From positions 62,930,001-62,994,000 of the forward strand of contig CM126223.1 of the NCBI GenBank assembly GCA_052327205.1: a stretch of 64,000 nt of DNA, in the 5' to 3' direction. Made by a program: the position numbers and the translations under genes. This DNA is from Somniosus microcephalus. Lineage: Eukaryota. The notes below the pieces were generated by a model. That model did not search any database and was not told the origin of the DNA. It saw only the letters and a program-made list of their open reading frames with translations. Numbering within the stretch: position 1 is the first letter of the stretch; each line of letters starts with the position of its first letter. Of the stretch, positions 50,577-61,715 are shown one piece after another.

Positions 50577-51584
50577 ATGGCTGAGATGGACTGCAAGAAT
50601 AAAGAAGAGTTGATGGCAGTGAGACTTCAAGAGGCAGATAGCATAGCAGCCTTGGCTGAACTCCAACAGGAAATTGCGAAAGAAACAAATGAAGAGGAAT
50701 CTTCAGGAAGCCAGGATTTTATTCCAGTTCTTCTCTACGACTCCTTACAAGCAGAGTGCGAGAAGTTGAAAAAACAGTATGAACAGGCCCAGACTACAAT
50801 TCTGGAGGGGGTTAACTCAGCAACCTCCGAAAAGCTAGTTTCGTTGGAAGTATATGAGCAACTAAAGGTTGAACATGAGCAAGAAGTCCAAAGGCTGCAG
50901 GAAATTCTTGAGGAGCTCAGGGCCAAGACAGACTCATCGGTAGAAGTTCCATACATAGATGAGGATGTAGAGGTGAAAGACATGGCAGAACTCATCAAAA
51001 TATGGAAGGAAGCCCAAGACAAATATGAGGCGGCAATTACCGAGGTTGACCGACTTGAAGAACAGTTTCAACTGGGAATGGGCCCTGAACATGAGCTAGA
51101 GAGCATCGAGGCGCAACTTCTCCAAGCACTGGAAGCCAAAGTACAAGAGGAAGAGAAGATGAAAGCATTGGAGAAAATGATGGATGAAATGGAGGAGTAC
51201 GCTGAATTACGTCCAGGGGAACAGGAGAATGGGGAAACAGCTACTTCAGTAGAAGGATTAAATAGCCTGATAACGAAATCCCTGAAGGAAGGGAAAGGAT
51301 TGAACGCACAAATGAGGCCAGGAGGGAAGGAAGGGCAGACATCCGAGGAAGAGCAGGATGAATATGATTGCTTGAAGAAGGGTTTTGACCTGTTGAGTGA
51401 CACCAAATGTTATGAGGATGTGGTCTGCCCAAATTGTGATGGGAACTCCCAAAGTGCTGAAATCCTGAGGAAGCACTTAAGGTCTAAGGAACATAGAGAG
51501 TTGGTGGCGCTACAGATGGCAGCCGGGAAAAGAGCTCGGAGAGTTTCAAAAAGGCAGAAAAGGAAAAGAAGAAGCAGAAAATAA
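50577..51584 (+). CDS. Element C cargo continuation (EVI5-like end, ANKRD24/RAI14-like, DNAJC21-like finger, basic tail)
   Basis: Collinear with the element A ORF 20970-22913; separated from the upstream ORF only by the 4-bp frameshift. Confidence 0.8.
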   Translation: MAEMDCKNKEELMAVRLQEADSIAALAELQQEIAKETNEEESSGSQDFIPVLLYDSLQAECEKLKKQYEQAQTTILEGVNSATSEKLVSLEVYEQLKVEHEQEVQRLQEILEELRAKTDSSVEVPYIDEDVEVKDMAELIKIWKEAQDKYEAAITEVDRLEEQFQLGMGPEHELESIEAQLLQALEAKVQEEEKMKALEKMMDEMEEYAELRPGEQENGETATSVEGLNSLITKSLKEGKGLNAQMRPGGKEGQTSEEEQDEYDCLKKGFDLLSDTKCYEDVVCPNCDGNSQSAEILRKHLRSKEHRELVALQMAAGKRARRVSKRQKRKRRSRK

Positions 51585-51783
51585 TAACTGTTTAAAATAT
51601 TATTACTTCTACTACCTCAGTCCGAACACTACGAAAGGTGCTAAATTTGTAAAAAAAATCCAGGGACATTATCAAGACAGCCAGTGGGTTGTATAAGTCC
51701 GCACTGCTGGTTCAACAGGACGAAAGTACAAGCTGTTAAAAAAAAAAAGGCTATGGAGGATGCTGTCTGGAACGAATTAATAC

Positions 51784-51945
51784 CAGAGACTGAATTTATG
51801 AACTGTTCCCACAGAGACTGAACCTGTAAACTGATTCCACTGAGAGTATGTTTGTAAACTGTTATATGACGTTGACTCCATTGAGAGTATATCTGTAAAT
51901 TGTTATATGACGTTGACTCCATCGAGAGTATATCTGCAAACTGTT
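51784..51945 (+). repeat. Short tandem repeats in the 3' region of element C
   Basis: cagagactgaa...taa/tga twice, then gactccatYgagagtatatctgYaaa units. Confidence 0.7.
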
Positions 51946-52939
51946 TATATAAAGTTGAAGATTGTATGTTTAACGGGATTCTGTAAGTAATAAGCTAGGA
52001 AGGGAGGAGTGTTGTGTATGTAACCGTTTACCTTTAAGGGAACTATAGAATGTAACCGTTCGCCTTTAAGAGCACTACTTTAGGGTGGCACTATCTATTG
52101 GCTCATGTATACTGTAATACCGATAGTGACCACACCAGTATATAAGGGTTGTGATACGTTAACTAGGGCAGAAATCGCCCAGACCTCTGAATAGTAAAGA
52201 CCTGTTTTGTTTGTACTTCTAAAGTCTCTGAAGTTATTTACTGCACAACCTACAGACTTTACATCCTGTACTCGAACCCTCTTGCTACGAAGGCCAACAT
52301 ACCATTTGCCTTCTTAACCGCCTGCTGCACCTGCATGCTTACCTTCAGCGACTGGTGCACAAGAACACCCAGGTCTCTTTGCACTTCCCCTTCACCCAAT
52401 CTATTGCCATTCAAATAATAATCTGCCTTCCTGTTTTTGCCTCCAAAGTGGATAACCTCACATTTATCCACATTAGAGTGCATTTGCCATGTTTCTGCCC
52501 AATCACCTAACCTGTCCAAATCGTACTGGAGTTTCATGACATCCTCCTCACAGCATACCCTCCCACCCAGCTTTGTGTCATCTGCAAATTTGGAGATATT
52601 ACATCCAATTCCCTCATCCAGATCATTAATATATATTGTATATATATACAACCCTCGCAGAATGATGTGTTGAGTTTGGCCAACTGACAGTTTTCTTTTC
52701 CTTCCCCCAGGATGACTCAAAAATAACAAAGTCTTCCTTAGGGACAGCTTCAAAAGCAAATGTCAGTTGAAAGTAGTATTCAAAACTGAACTCTGATAAT
52801 CAAGAGCCCAACACAGGACTGTTGTAGCTGCCAGGCAGTCAAATGGATAATGAAAACAGATGAGTGGAGTGAAACTTTAATTAACAGCCATGAGAGCCTA
52901 GCACCCGACGACTATCTCGGGCAAAGTTGTGCTCATGTT

Positions 52940-54044
52940 GGCCCAGAAATTCGGGTCTCCACGGGTGAGTACGCGCTGGGTACTCACCTGTAGGCCGAAT
53001 GGAAGTGCCGGTTTTCTGCATGCACTGCGCATGCGCGGTAAACCGGCACTTCCGATCCTCTGAACGAAGAGGTTCAGAGGTCGAACGCGCGCGCAGGAGA
53101 GGCTGCGCGTGCGCATCAAACTTAATTTTTTTTGCAGGTTTTCCCGGGATCGTAAGCCTGCAGGATTTAGAAATGTAAAAAACAAGGTAAGTGGTCAATT
53201 AATTAAAATAAAACATTTTTTCCACAGGTTTATTATTTTTAAATACTTTAAAGCAAGGTAAGTTTATTTTTAGCCCCGTTAGAATATAAAATTATTTTTT
53301 TCAAAAATTTAAATTATTGTTTAAACATAGAAACTAGGAGCAGGAGTAGGTCATTCGGCCCTTCGAGCCTGCTCCGCCATTCAACGAGATCATGGCTGAT
53401 CATCCAAACCTTAGCACCCGATCCCTACACCGACAACCATCCCACCCAAGCCCTATCCCCGTAACCCCACGTATTTAATCCCCCCTAACACTAAGGGCCA
53501 ATTTTTATCATGGCCAATCAACCTAACCCGCACATCTTTGGACTGTGGGAGGAAACCGGAGCACCCGGAGAAAACCCACGCAAACACGGGGAGAATGTGC
53601 AAACTCCACACAGACAGTCACCCGAGGCCAGATTTGAACCCGGGTCCCTGGCTCTGTGAGGCAACAGTGCTAACCACTATGCCACCGTGCTGCCCTAGTT
53701 ATTTAATGTAATGTATAGTTTATTTAAAAAGTGTGATTTAAAAAAAAAAATTATTTGAAGGTTTACTGCTATTTTGGGGTCGTAGTATTTATAAGTTTTG
53801 ACAGGTCTTCCTGTCAATCTTATGAATGGGCTTTTCCCTCCTCCGATTGGCTGCCCATGGCCCACGTGATCCCAGGGGACGCATCGCACTAACTGCGCCC
53901 CTGGGATACGCAAGCACAGCGCGCCGGCAGCTGGGCCAGGCCCCGGATCGGAATTCCATGGGAGCCCAGAGCTCAACTGCCGGCGCGCAAGGTAAGTGCA
54001 GGTCGGGGGCTTGCACCCGCGGGAAGCCCCTGACCCGAATTTCT
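52940..54044. mobile_element. Harbinger-like MITE with nested HE1 SINE
   Basis: ggcccagaaattcgggtc...gacccgaatttct (right TIR clipped). An empty-site paralog at 54689-54815 defines the boundaries. Confidence 0.7.
53325..53695 (-). mobile_element. HE1/V-SINE with CR1 tail
   Basis: Nearly identical to 3642-4019. Confidence 0.9.
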
Positions 54045-57000
54045 AATATATTCTCTGCCACCCCGGGGTCAGTGAATTGCTGGAGAGTCTCCTGATTCTG
54101 GAATTTGTCAGTAAACTCACCAAGATTTGAGGGATGTTGGTTCTTGTGACTTATAACTGCTAAATTACATTTGTGATGTAAATCTGGTTTGCCTTCTGCA
54201 GTGCAACATCAATTAATTAAAGTGGGCTGTGCATTGTTTAACACGCTGGAGCTCTATGACCTGAAAATAACTATAAATGGAGCCATTACTCCTAACCTAA
54301 CCTCTAAGTTGACAACTTGAAGCTTGCTGGCTCGCACAAGCTTTTCAGGTCAACTTGAGGATGGTTTAATTACCTTAAATATGTTTTTAATAAACATTGT
54401 TGTGGCCAAATCTACCATTTATTTTGTTAGATTTGAAACAAAAACTGAGGAAATGCTGGAAATCTGAAATAGGAAACGATAAAACTGTACAGCTTGTCAG
54501 TCAGCATCTGAAAGGGAAGGCTTGGTTTATGTTTCAGGTGGGGCTCTTCACCAGATCTTTTTGTTTCGGTTTTCTCCTGTCTTGGGGTTCATCCCCTTGC
54601 TCCAATCCCTCTGCTAATGCTGCTCTGCAATGCTGGGGGATATACAAAACTGAGCCCATGTGATTTTACTTTCTCTTTTTCAAAAAGAGATGAGTCAAGT
54701 GAAACTTAAATTAACAGCCACGAGAGGCTAGCGCCTGATGAATATCTCGGGCAAAGTTGTGTTCATGCTAATATATACTTTGCCATCCCCAGGGTTAAGA
54801 AATTGCTGGAGACCCATCTTTATGATGGTTCAATGGGTCAATACATTTTTTTAAACCCATTCTTGGGATCTGGGCCTCATCGGCAAAGCTAGCACATTTA
54901 TTGCCCATTCCTAGTTGCCTTTAAGAAGGTGGTGGTGGTGGTGGGCCATCATTGAACATTGCAGTTGGCCTTAGTGTTCCCAGGTAAGAAAGGGGTAAAA
55001 AGCAAGCCAAGGTTGATGCTCTTGATTGCTATCCACTGACCACTGCAGGAATGCATGTGCATGTTGGGTAATGGACAGGGTCATGCTCAGCTGTGAAGCT
55101 CTGCCAATCGCTTCATCATCTCAGCTCACAGAACGACAGGTGCCTTTGGACAGTATCTGAGGATCAACTACTGCTTTGCGGATGGTGGCGAAATCCCGCC
55201 TCTCCTCACGGAGAAGCTCCCAATCTCTGTCTGATCCCTCTCTTGATGACCCAATAAGATTGGGAATTTTCTATGTTGGGAACTGTGGGCGTCAAGCCAT
55301 ATCCTGCTACCCAGTGGCATTATACATTTGTAAGGCAGTGCACCACACTTGAAGTTGTTAAAATATTTCAGGCAAATTGTTTTTGTTTTCCACTTTTAGG
55401 GTATAATAACCTGACTATGTTTTGTTGAAGACATTCTGCAGGATTTGGCAAAAAACAATAAGACATGACGGGTTTAGAATGGAATGATCCCTCTACTGCA
55501 TATTTTATGCTTAAATGTAGGTAATGAAAATGACACAGGTAACTTAATATGAAAATACAATAAATGGAATGAATGGTGTTGTCAGCAAAGCAGATTATGA
55601 CAGAAACTCACTTTCAGCATAACCTGAATTGTTACTTTCCATTAGAGCTTTTTGTTGCTTTCAGCAAATACAGTGCCTGTAAAAAAAACTCGCAGCTCAT
55701 CCAGATTCATCCATATTTTTAAGTGTCACCAGTTCAGATCTGCCCAGACTAGAAAGTGTCATCTATAGAATTGATTAACACACTAATAGGGAGAAGGGTA
55801 AGAGGGGCCCTTTGATTCCATAGCGCAACATTGAGTCCTAAAAGTAAAGAAGGTCTCGGGTTCGATGCCTGATCTATTTGGGGCGGGGGTGATGGGATAT
55901 TCGCTATGTGGGATGAGGGTGACAGGGCAATCTGTATGGGGCGGGGGTGATGGAGAGTTACAGTTGTCTTTACTGTCCCCAAGGTAAAGAGAGGGAAGAA
56001 AGTCAATCATCGTGCCCATTCCAGTATGTTACCCCATGACCCTCGGTGGCAATGTGAAATGGATAAGGACAAGGTTCGTTGGTTGACACCCATGGTGAAA
56101 TAACTGAGACATGACACTGGCCAAGCTTCTCTCTGAAGAATCGGCACTTGGGTAAAGTACGAGGACGGGTGTGAGGGGATGGGGAGGGGGGCCGTGGTTT
56201 GCTGCTTATGGAACTCCGCATAAAGCTCCACTGAAAAAGAGTGTTTAGGGTAGAAAACTAAAAGGAGGAACAGAAGCAAATCCCCAGAATTGGTTGCTTG
56301 GACAACAGACAAAGGGGGCGCGATCCAATTTTCCCCTCCATGATCTTTCCTTCTGAACACTCCCAATCATTTCATTGTGACCCTTCATCAGAATTATTAA
56401 CGTCTCATTTTCATTAAAGGGTTGTTGAACACTTTTGCGTAAAGAAGGTAATCCTCTAAGACTGAATTGTAATTAGTTACTTGGACCATTGCTAAATTCA
56501 ACTGAAGGGCCGAAAATAAAATGTATGAGGGTTAAGAAACTGGAAGCACCTGACACAATCTTTTGACTATAACCTTGAGTGATGAAACTAGACCATTAGG
56601 AATAATTTTGTGCAACAAATTGATGCATAGATTTGGTAAAAAGTTGATTCACTGTCAGTTCCGCTGTGTTTTCATCACATCTTTCACACACCATTACAGA
56701 TAACAAATAATTCTATGAATAGTTTATCAGTGTGAATCAAAAAGTCCACAGATTCGCGGCTCCAGTCTCTCACCTGTCTGCTGAAGCCTAATGAACATTT
56801 CCAAATTTAAATCTTACCTAATGTTAAATCAAAATTATGTTGTGCAAACTCATTTATTTTAAAAGGCATTGGTTGCCTCTGGACTTTTAGCAGAGGAAGG
56901 GGAGAACTCATTCCATGTTCTGAAAAACTGAAATTAAAAAGGGGAGCTTTGGAACATAAAAATGAGGTGGGAGATATTACGGAGTAACTGATATCTGTCC

Positions 57001-57304
57001 CAATAAAAAGGCGACAAATATTATTTGAGGAAGGGGTAAATTCCGAGCAAATTCTCTCCATACTTGCATGGAAAACTTCCGCCCTGACACAATGATTCAT
57101 TCGGCATTCTGTCAAAGAAAAGGTCTGCAGCCACTGAGTGTTGCTTTGAGGTTCGGTTGCTTGAATGGGAACCTGTCTGTCAAACGTGTGGTATTTTAAT
57201 TTACGTATACTTTTTTATGATCTCACTTGTTTTTGATGTTGCAGTAGTTTCTTTCTAACGCGCACAAGTTTAACTGTCTTCATGGTAGAGCTCTTTCTGA
57301 TACT

Positions 57305-57730
57305 GAGGTGGTAGCACTCTGGCCTCCTGAGTCAGTTGATTGTGGGTTCAAGCTCCGCCCCAGAGACTTGATTTCGGCAGACACTTCAGTGCATAACTGA
57401 GGGAGTGCTGCACTGTTGGAGGTGTTGTGTTTTGAGTGAGATGTCTGTCTACTTGGGTAGACCTAAAAGATTCCATGGCACTATTTAAAGAACAGCAAGG
57501 GAGTTCTCTAGCCAGTATCTTTCCCCCAAACACAATGATTTAAAAAAAAAATTAGATTATATGATCATTTACCTCATTGCTGTTTGTGGGATCTTGCTGT
57601 GCGCAAATTGGCCGCTGCATTTCCCTATATTACAACAATGACTACAGGTCAAAAGTGCTTCATTGTCTGTGACTTGCTTTAGGACATTACGAGGTTGCGA
57701 AAGGCGCTATGGAAATGCAAGTTCATTATT
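57305..57730 (+). mobile_element. SacSINE1-like DeuSINE (degenerate)
   Basis: Head ggtagcactct...gggttcaag and tail aaggcgctatggaaatgcaag. Confidence 0.75.
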
Positions 57731-57994
57731 TCTTCCAATATACTTGGAGCCAACAATATAATCGCAAAGATTTTCTGCAGTCTTTAGGGTCGCGCTTTGT
57801 GTTTATAAGGCGAGGGAAGTCGGTGCTGGGGTGCGGAACATTTTTTCCTTGACTCCAGCATAAGCATCAGGCATTAAGATTTCCCATAGGATGAGATGAA
57901 TGGCTCCCTCTACTTCTCCCTCGCCAACCTCCACCTCAAGTTCGCTCTAAGCGGAATATTTCCACTTGTCACACTAGCTAGGCTGATGGTCTTT

Positions 57995-58185
57995 CTGAAT
58001 AAAAATGCCAATGTGTGCTGGATTATGAGTAGTTTGGTGCTGTAGCCCACGCCCCCGAGAGATTGGGAGGAGACTGTCGCAAACCCATTTCACTTGGGAT
58101 CCTTGCAGCTGGGAGACCGACAGCCACATCAAACTAGATTGGATTTGAACAAGGTTCCGAAATGTAGATCTGTGCACCATTCAGT
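57995..58185 (-). mobile_element. LF-SINE-like ancient SINE fragment
   Basis: Minus strand gttcaaatcca...gtgaaatgggtttg...cagcaccaaactac...gcacacattggc resembles the LF-SINE consensus as I recall it. Confidence 0.45.
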
Positions 58186-60253
58186 CCCTACATTAACAAA
58201 AACATAGAGGGCTAGAAATTTGTCTTGGGCAGTGGCGTAAAACGGGCGGTATTGGACCGGCCGCTCGTCATACGCAACGCCTGATATTCGGTTCCATTTC
58301 AGTCAATGCAACTGAATACCAGGTGCGGGGGGTGGGGGGGGGGCGGGGGTGGTGGTGTAGGAGAAGAGGCATTGACCTGAATCCAGTCCGTGATGGGTTA
58401 GTAACCTGTTAACTCCTGTTGAAGTCAATGCAACTGAATATCCAGCGCAGGGGGGCGGGGGTGATGGTGGAGGAGAAGGTGCATTGACCTGAATCCAGTC
58501 TGTGATGGGTTCAAACTAGAAGGTCCCAGAATCGATTCCTTCACTAGTACAAAGAGGCTCCCAACACACCCTTGGAACTGGATCCCTCCATAAGGCAGTG
58601 CTTTCAAGTAGAGGAGAGTGGGGGAAAAAAATCCTTTCAGGCAGTCGATGGATGTGGTGATACCTTCACATACAACATGACTAGGTTATACTGGTGACAA
58701 CAGAGCAAGACCCTTTATTGTGACAACAACCACTCCAAATGACTGCTTTGCCCCCTGAGGTCAGCAAGGCCTTGTGTCTTCTTCATGTCTTTTGGCAAGC
58801 TGGGATTTGTTGCATTATCTGATTTTCTTTAAAAAAAAACGATATAACATTGGACCAGGACTGTCATAGCATTAACTGACAGGAGTAAAGTGCGATCCTT
58901 GCTGGGTTGTAACACTCCTGTAATATTCACTTTATGATGAACAGTTTTAATATAAAACTCAACAGCTCCTTGAAGAAACAGTTTAAAAATACATTTTGGG
59001 AAATGGAACAAAGATCTTGCAATTAAAATTAAACCATTCCAACTATTTTGTTTGTGTCAAGTGTCTGGTTCCAATGGGAACCACGTATAACTTTTTATAT
59101 TGGCGCTATTTAATGTCTTCCAGGGGCCTGACATACATGAGTAGTCTCCTCATGTTTAGCTACTAAATCCAACTCTCTTATTCCCATGGAAGGCTTGTAG
59201 GGTTGTGAAAAACAGATTCTATATGAGTTTGCTGCTTGATAAGTGAAATAAAGAATAGATTTGCCTTCCAAAGTTGGGCTTTATTACCTTTAAAATTAGC
59301 AGCATATCTTTCTACATCCAGTCCCAACTAAGGCTAGAAAAGGACTGAATTTAAGGTAGCCACAACACATCATGTGATCATCAACTACCAATGAGATTAC
59401 AACACATATCCCAAGGCAGTTAACAAACAACGAATCATAATACTTTTACTAATCAAGGAATAATCACCACAATAAGTGAGTCTGGTTTAGGGGCATAAAT
59501 GCCAGGAGCTTTTCTCACAGACCCACGAATGGCTGCTTGAGGCCTGAAAGAAAGCAAAACGGAACTGTTCGCTTAGCTACTTGCAGCACAATTGTAAATA
59601 CGTTCATTATTCCGGTGTTTGTGATTTGACTAGAAGAGGAAATGTTTTCACATAATGTCTGTCTCTGTATTTTTACCTCGGTGTCAAGTGCCTGCTGGAC
59701 AGTGGAATCCAGCAGGAGTTAACAGGTTTCTAACCCATGACAGACTGGATTCCGGTCAATGACCCTTCTCCCCCCCGCCCCCTGAGGACAGCGCACGGAT
59801 CTTTGCCTTTGCCTCGGGCATTAATTTTAAGCTGCTCTTGAAGGAAAAATTGAAAACTTAATCTAATGGAATTTTGCACTGAGTTTATTAAAGGTATTCA
59901 TTTTCAGGCTTGTCAAGTCTCACTTTCAGTGAGGCTCATGATTTTATTAAATAAAAATTCTCCCTGTGAAGATTAAGCTCAACTCTATTCATTTACTGGG
60001 TCTATAATCTGTCTCCTGGCCTTTTCTCAAGCAACTTGATCTGTTCAAAATTTACACATGCATCGTATCTATGGGTGCGTTTGCTTCTCAAGATCAGTTT
60101 GAATTTACTAAGTGACCTTGAGCTATTTTAGAGGAACCCCAAACTGAGAATAATCAATACAGGAAACTTTCTGGTATCTGGCACTGACGGGACCGAGCTG
60201 GTGCCGTTATATCAAAACTGCTGTATAAACCAGCGCTAATGTTAAAACATACA

Positions 60254-60958
60254 GGGCTAAAAATTCAGTTTGGGGCGCCAAGCTCGCCTGGGTGCCGGAA
60301 TTACCGCTGCGTGCGGAGCCACTTGCGCCATCCGGATATTCAGTTTCTGCGCCCCAAATGGAAGCGGGCCGCTAAACGAGGCTTCCCGCGCCCCGCTTGG
60401 GGCGCTGAAACTGAATATCGGCGCGCTAAGGGCCACAGCGCCACACGCTGTGGCACGGCAGGCTGCGGTACTGCAGGCCTTCCTCCCACTGTTAAGGGGG
60501 AGGTGCCTGCAACAGCGTGATCCCCGCTCGCGAGTGCCGGCAAATGAGCCCGGCACCAAGGAGAAGTGCCGGGCTCTCGTGAAACAACCGGCAATGCCGC
60601 AGGAGGGGGGGCGCGTGTAGGAGGCCGGGGACAGAGGTGCGGGCAGGCGGGCGCCGAAAAAGCGGCCGGCCGCACCTCCACCTTAACTAGCGCCACTACC
60701 GCCACAGGTAGGCCCCTGTGTACTGGTCGCTATTTGCGGCCGGCGCTGAAGAGGCGGGCGTGACCAAATATGGCCATCGGGGCGATAGCGGGGCGCTGTG
60801 CACACCGTTGACGTCATCGGTGGCGGCGCAGCGCTACAGGCTAACGCCGCCATTAGCGCCCCGCTAAATATCGCGGTAGGTGTGGCCAGTGGCGCAAAAG
60901 CCACTGAGTGCCCTCTTTGGGCGCAAACTGGTGGCGCAGGCCACTGAATTTCTAGGCC
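60254..60958. mobile_element. GC/CpG-rich Harbinger-like MITE
   Basis: TIRs gggctaaaaattcag / ctgaatttctaggcc; 3-bp TSD ACA (60251-60253, 60959-60961). Confidence 0.78.
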
Positions 60959-61309
60959 ACAGAGCTTTTCAGCTCCGTGTGAATCAACAAACCCTGTTGC
61001 TTAGCAACAGCTTCAAAACAGTCGGCTGCAGCTGCAAGCGTCTTTAGCTGAAGCTGTTGCTTAGCTACAGACCTTGCAGAGCCTGACTGGGGAAAAAAAA
61101 AAGCAACGAGAAGTAAAAAAACTTATAGAAAACGGCTCCTGAATTTTGCCGGTAGATAGAGCTTTCCGGACTTTTAACCTCTGGTTAAACGAAAGCTTCC
61201 TGTACTTTGAATAAATTACATTACAATTAAGAGCAGTGACCACAATGTATCACATCTGCCCATTAAATTTGGATTCCAGCTTTTCACTGGCTCAGCAGGT
61301 AAATGCATT

Positions 61310-61630
61310 AGTGGCATAGTGGTTAGCACTGTTGCCTCACAGCGCCAGAGACCCGGGTTCGAATCTGGCCTCGGGCGACTGTCTGTGTGGAGTTTGCACA
61401 TTCTCCCCGTGTTTGCGTGGGTTTTCTCCGGGTGCTCCGGTTTCCTCCCACAGTCCAAAGATGTGCGGGTTAGGTTGATTGGCTATGATAAATTGACCCT
61501 TAGTGTTAGGGGGATTAAATACGTGGGGTTACAGGGATAGGGTGGGATATGTGTCGGTGCAGGCTCGATGGGCCGAAATGGCTTCTATCTGCACTGTGAG
61601 GTTTCTGTGATTTCTGTGATTTCTGTGATT
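61310..61630 (+). mobile_element. HE1/V-SINE (second tail type)
   Basis: tRNA head and V-domain; tail gcaggctcgatgggccgaaatggcttctatctgcactg(tttctgtga)n. Confidence 0.9.
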
Positions 61631-61715
61631 AGTGTGGAACTGAGCCCCTTGGCTCAGGATGGTCCCAGGTTGATTCCCGATCTTTACAGAGTTACCCAAC
61701 CTCAATGTTACAAGT

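Larger units (their letters stand above)
47531..52263 (+). mobile_element. Non-autonomous Mag-type Ty3/Gypsy LTR element C carrying a mosaic host-derived ORF
   Basis: 254-bp LTRs at 47531-47784 and 52010-52263 (identical by eye); TSD TCCTG; PBS TGGCGACGAG at 47786-47795; PPT aggaagggaggag; no RT or integrase. Confidence 0.95.
46918..52640 (-). mobile_element. CR1 3' portion split by LTR element C (52269-52640 and 46918-47530)
   Basis: IYINDL...KFADDTKLGG...RGFEYR precedes the insertion; NKDVLLQLYRALVRPHLEY... resumes after it. Confidence 0.9.

Noticed and set aside
60239-60958. CpG-island promoter or GC-rich coding ORFs
   Set aside because: Bounded by TIRs and a 3-bp TSD; better explained as a MITE.
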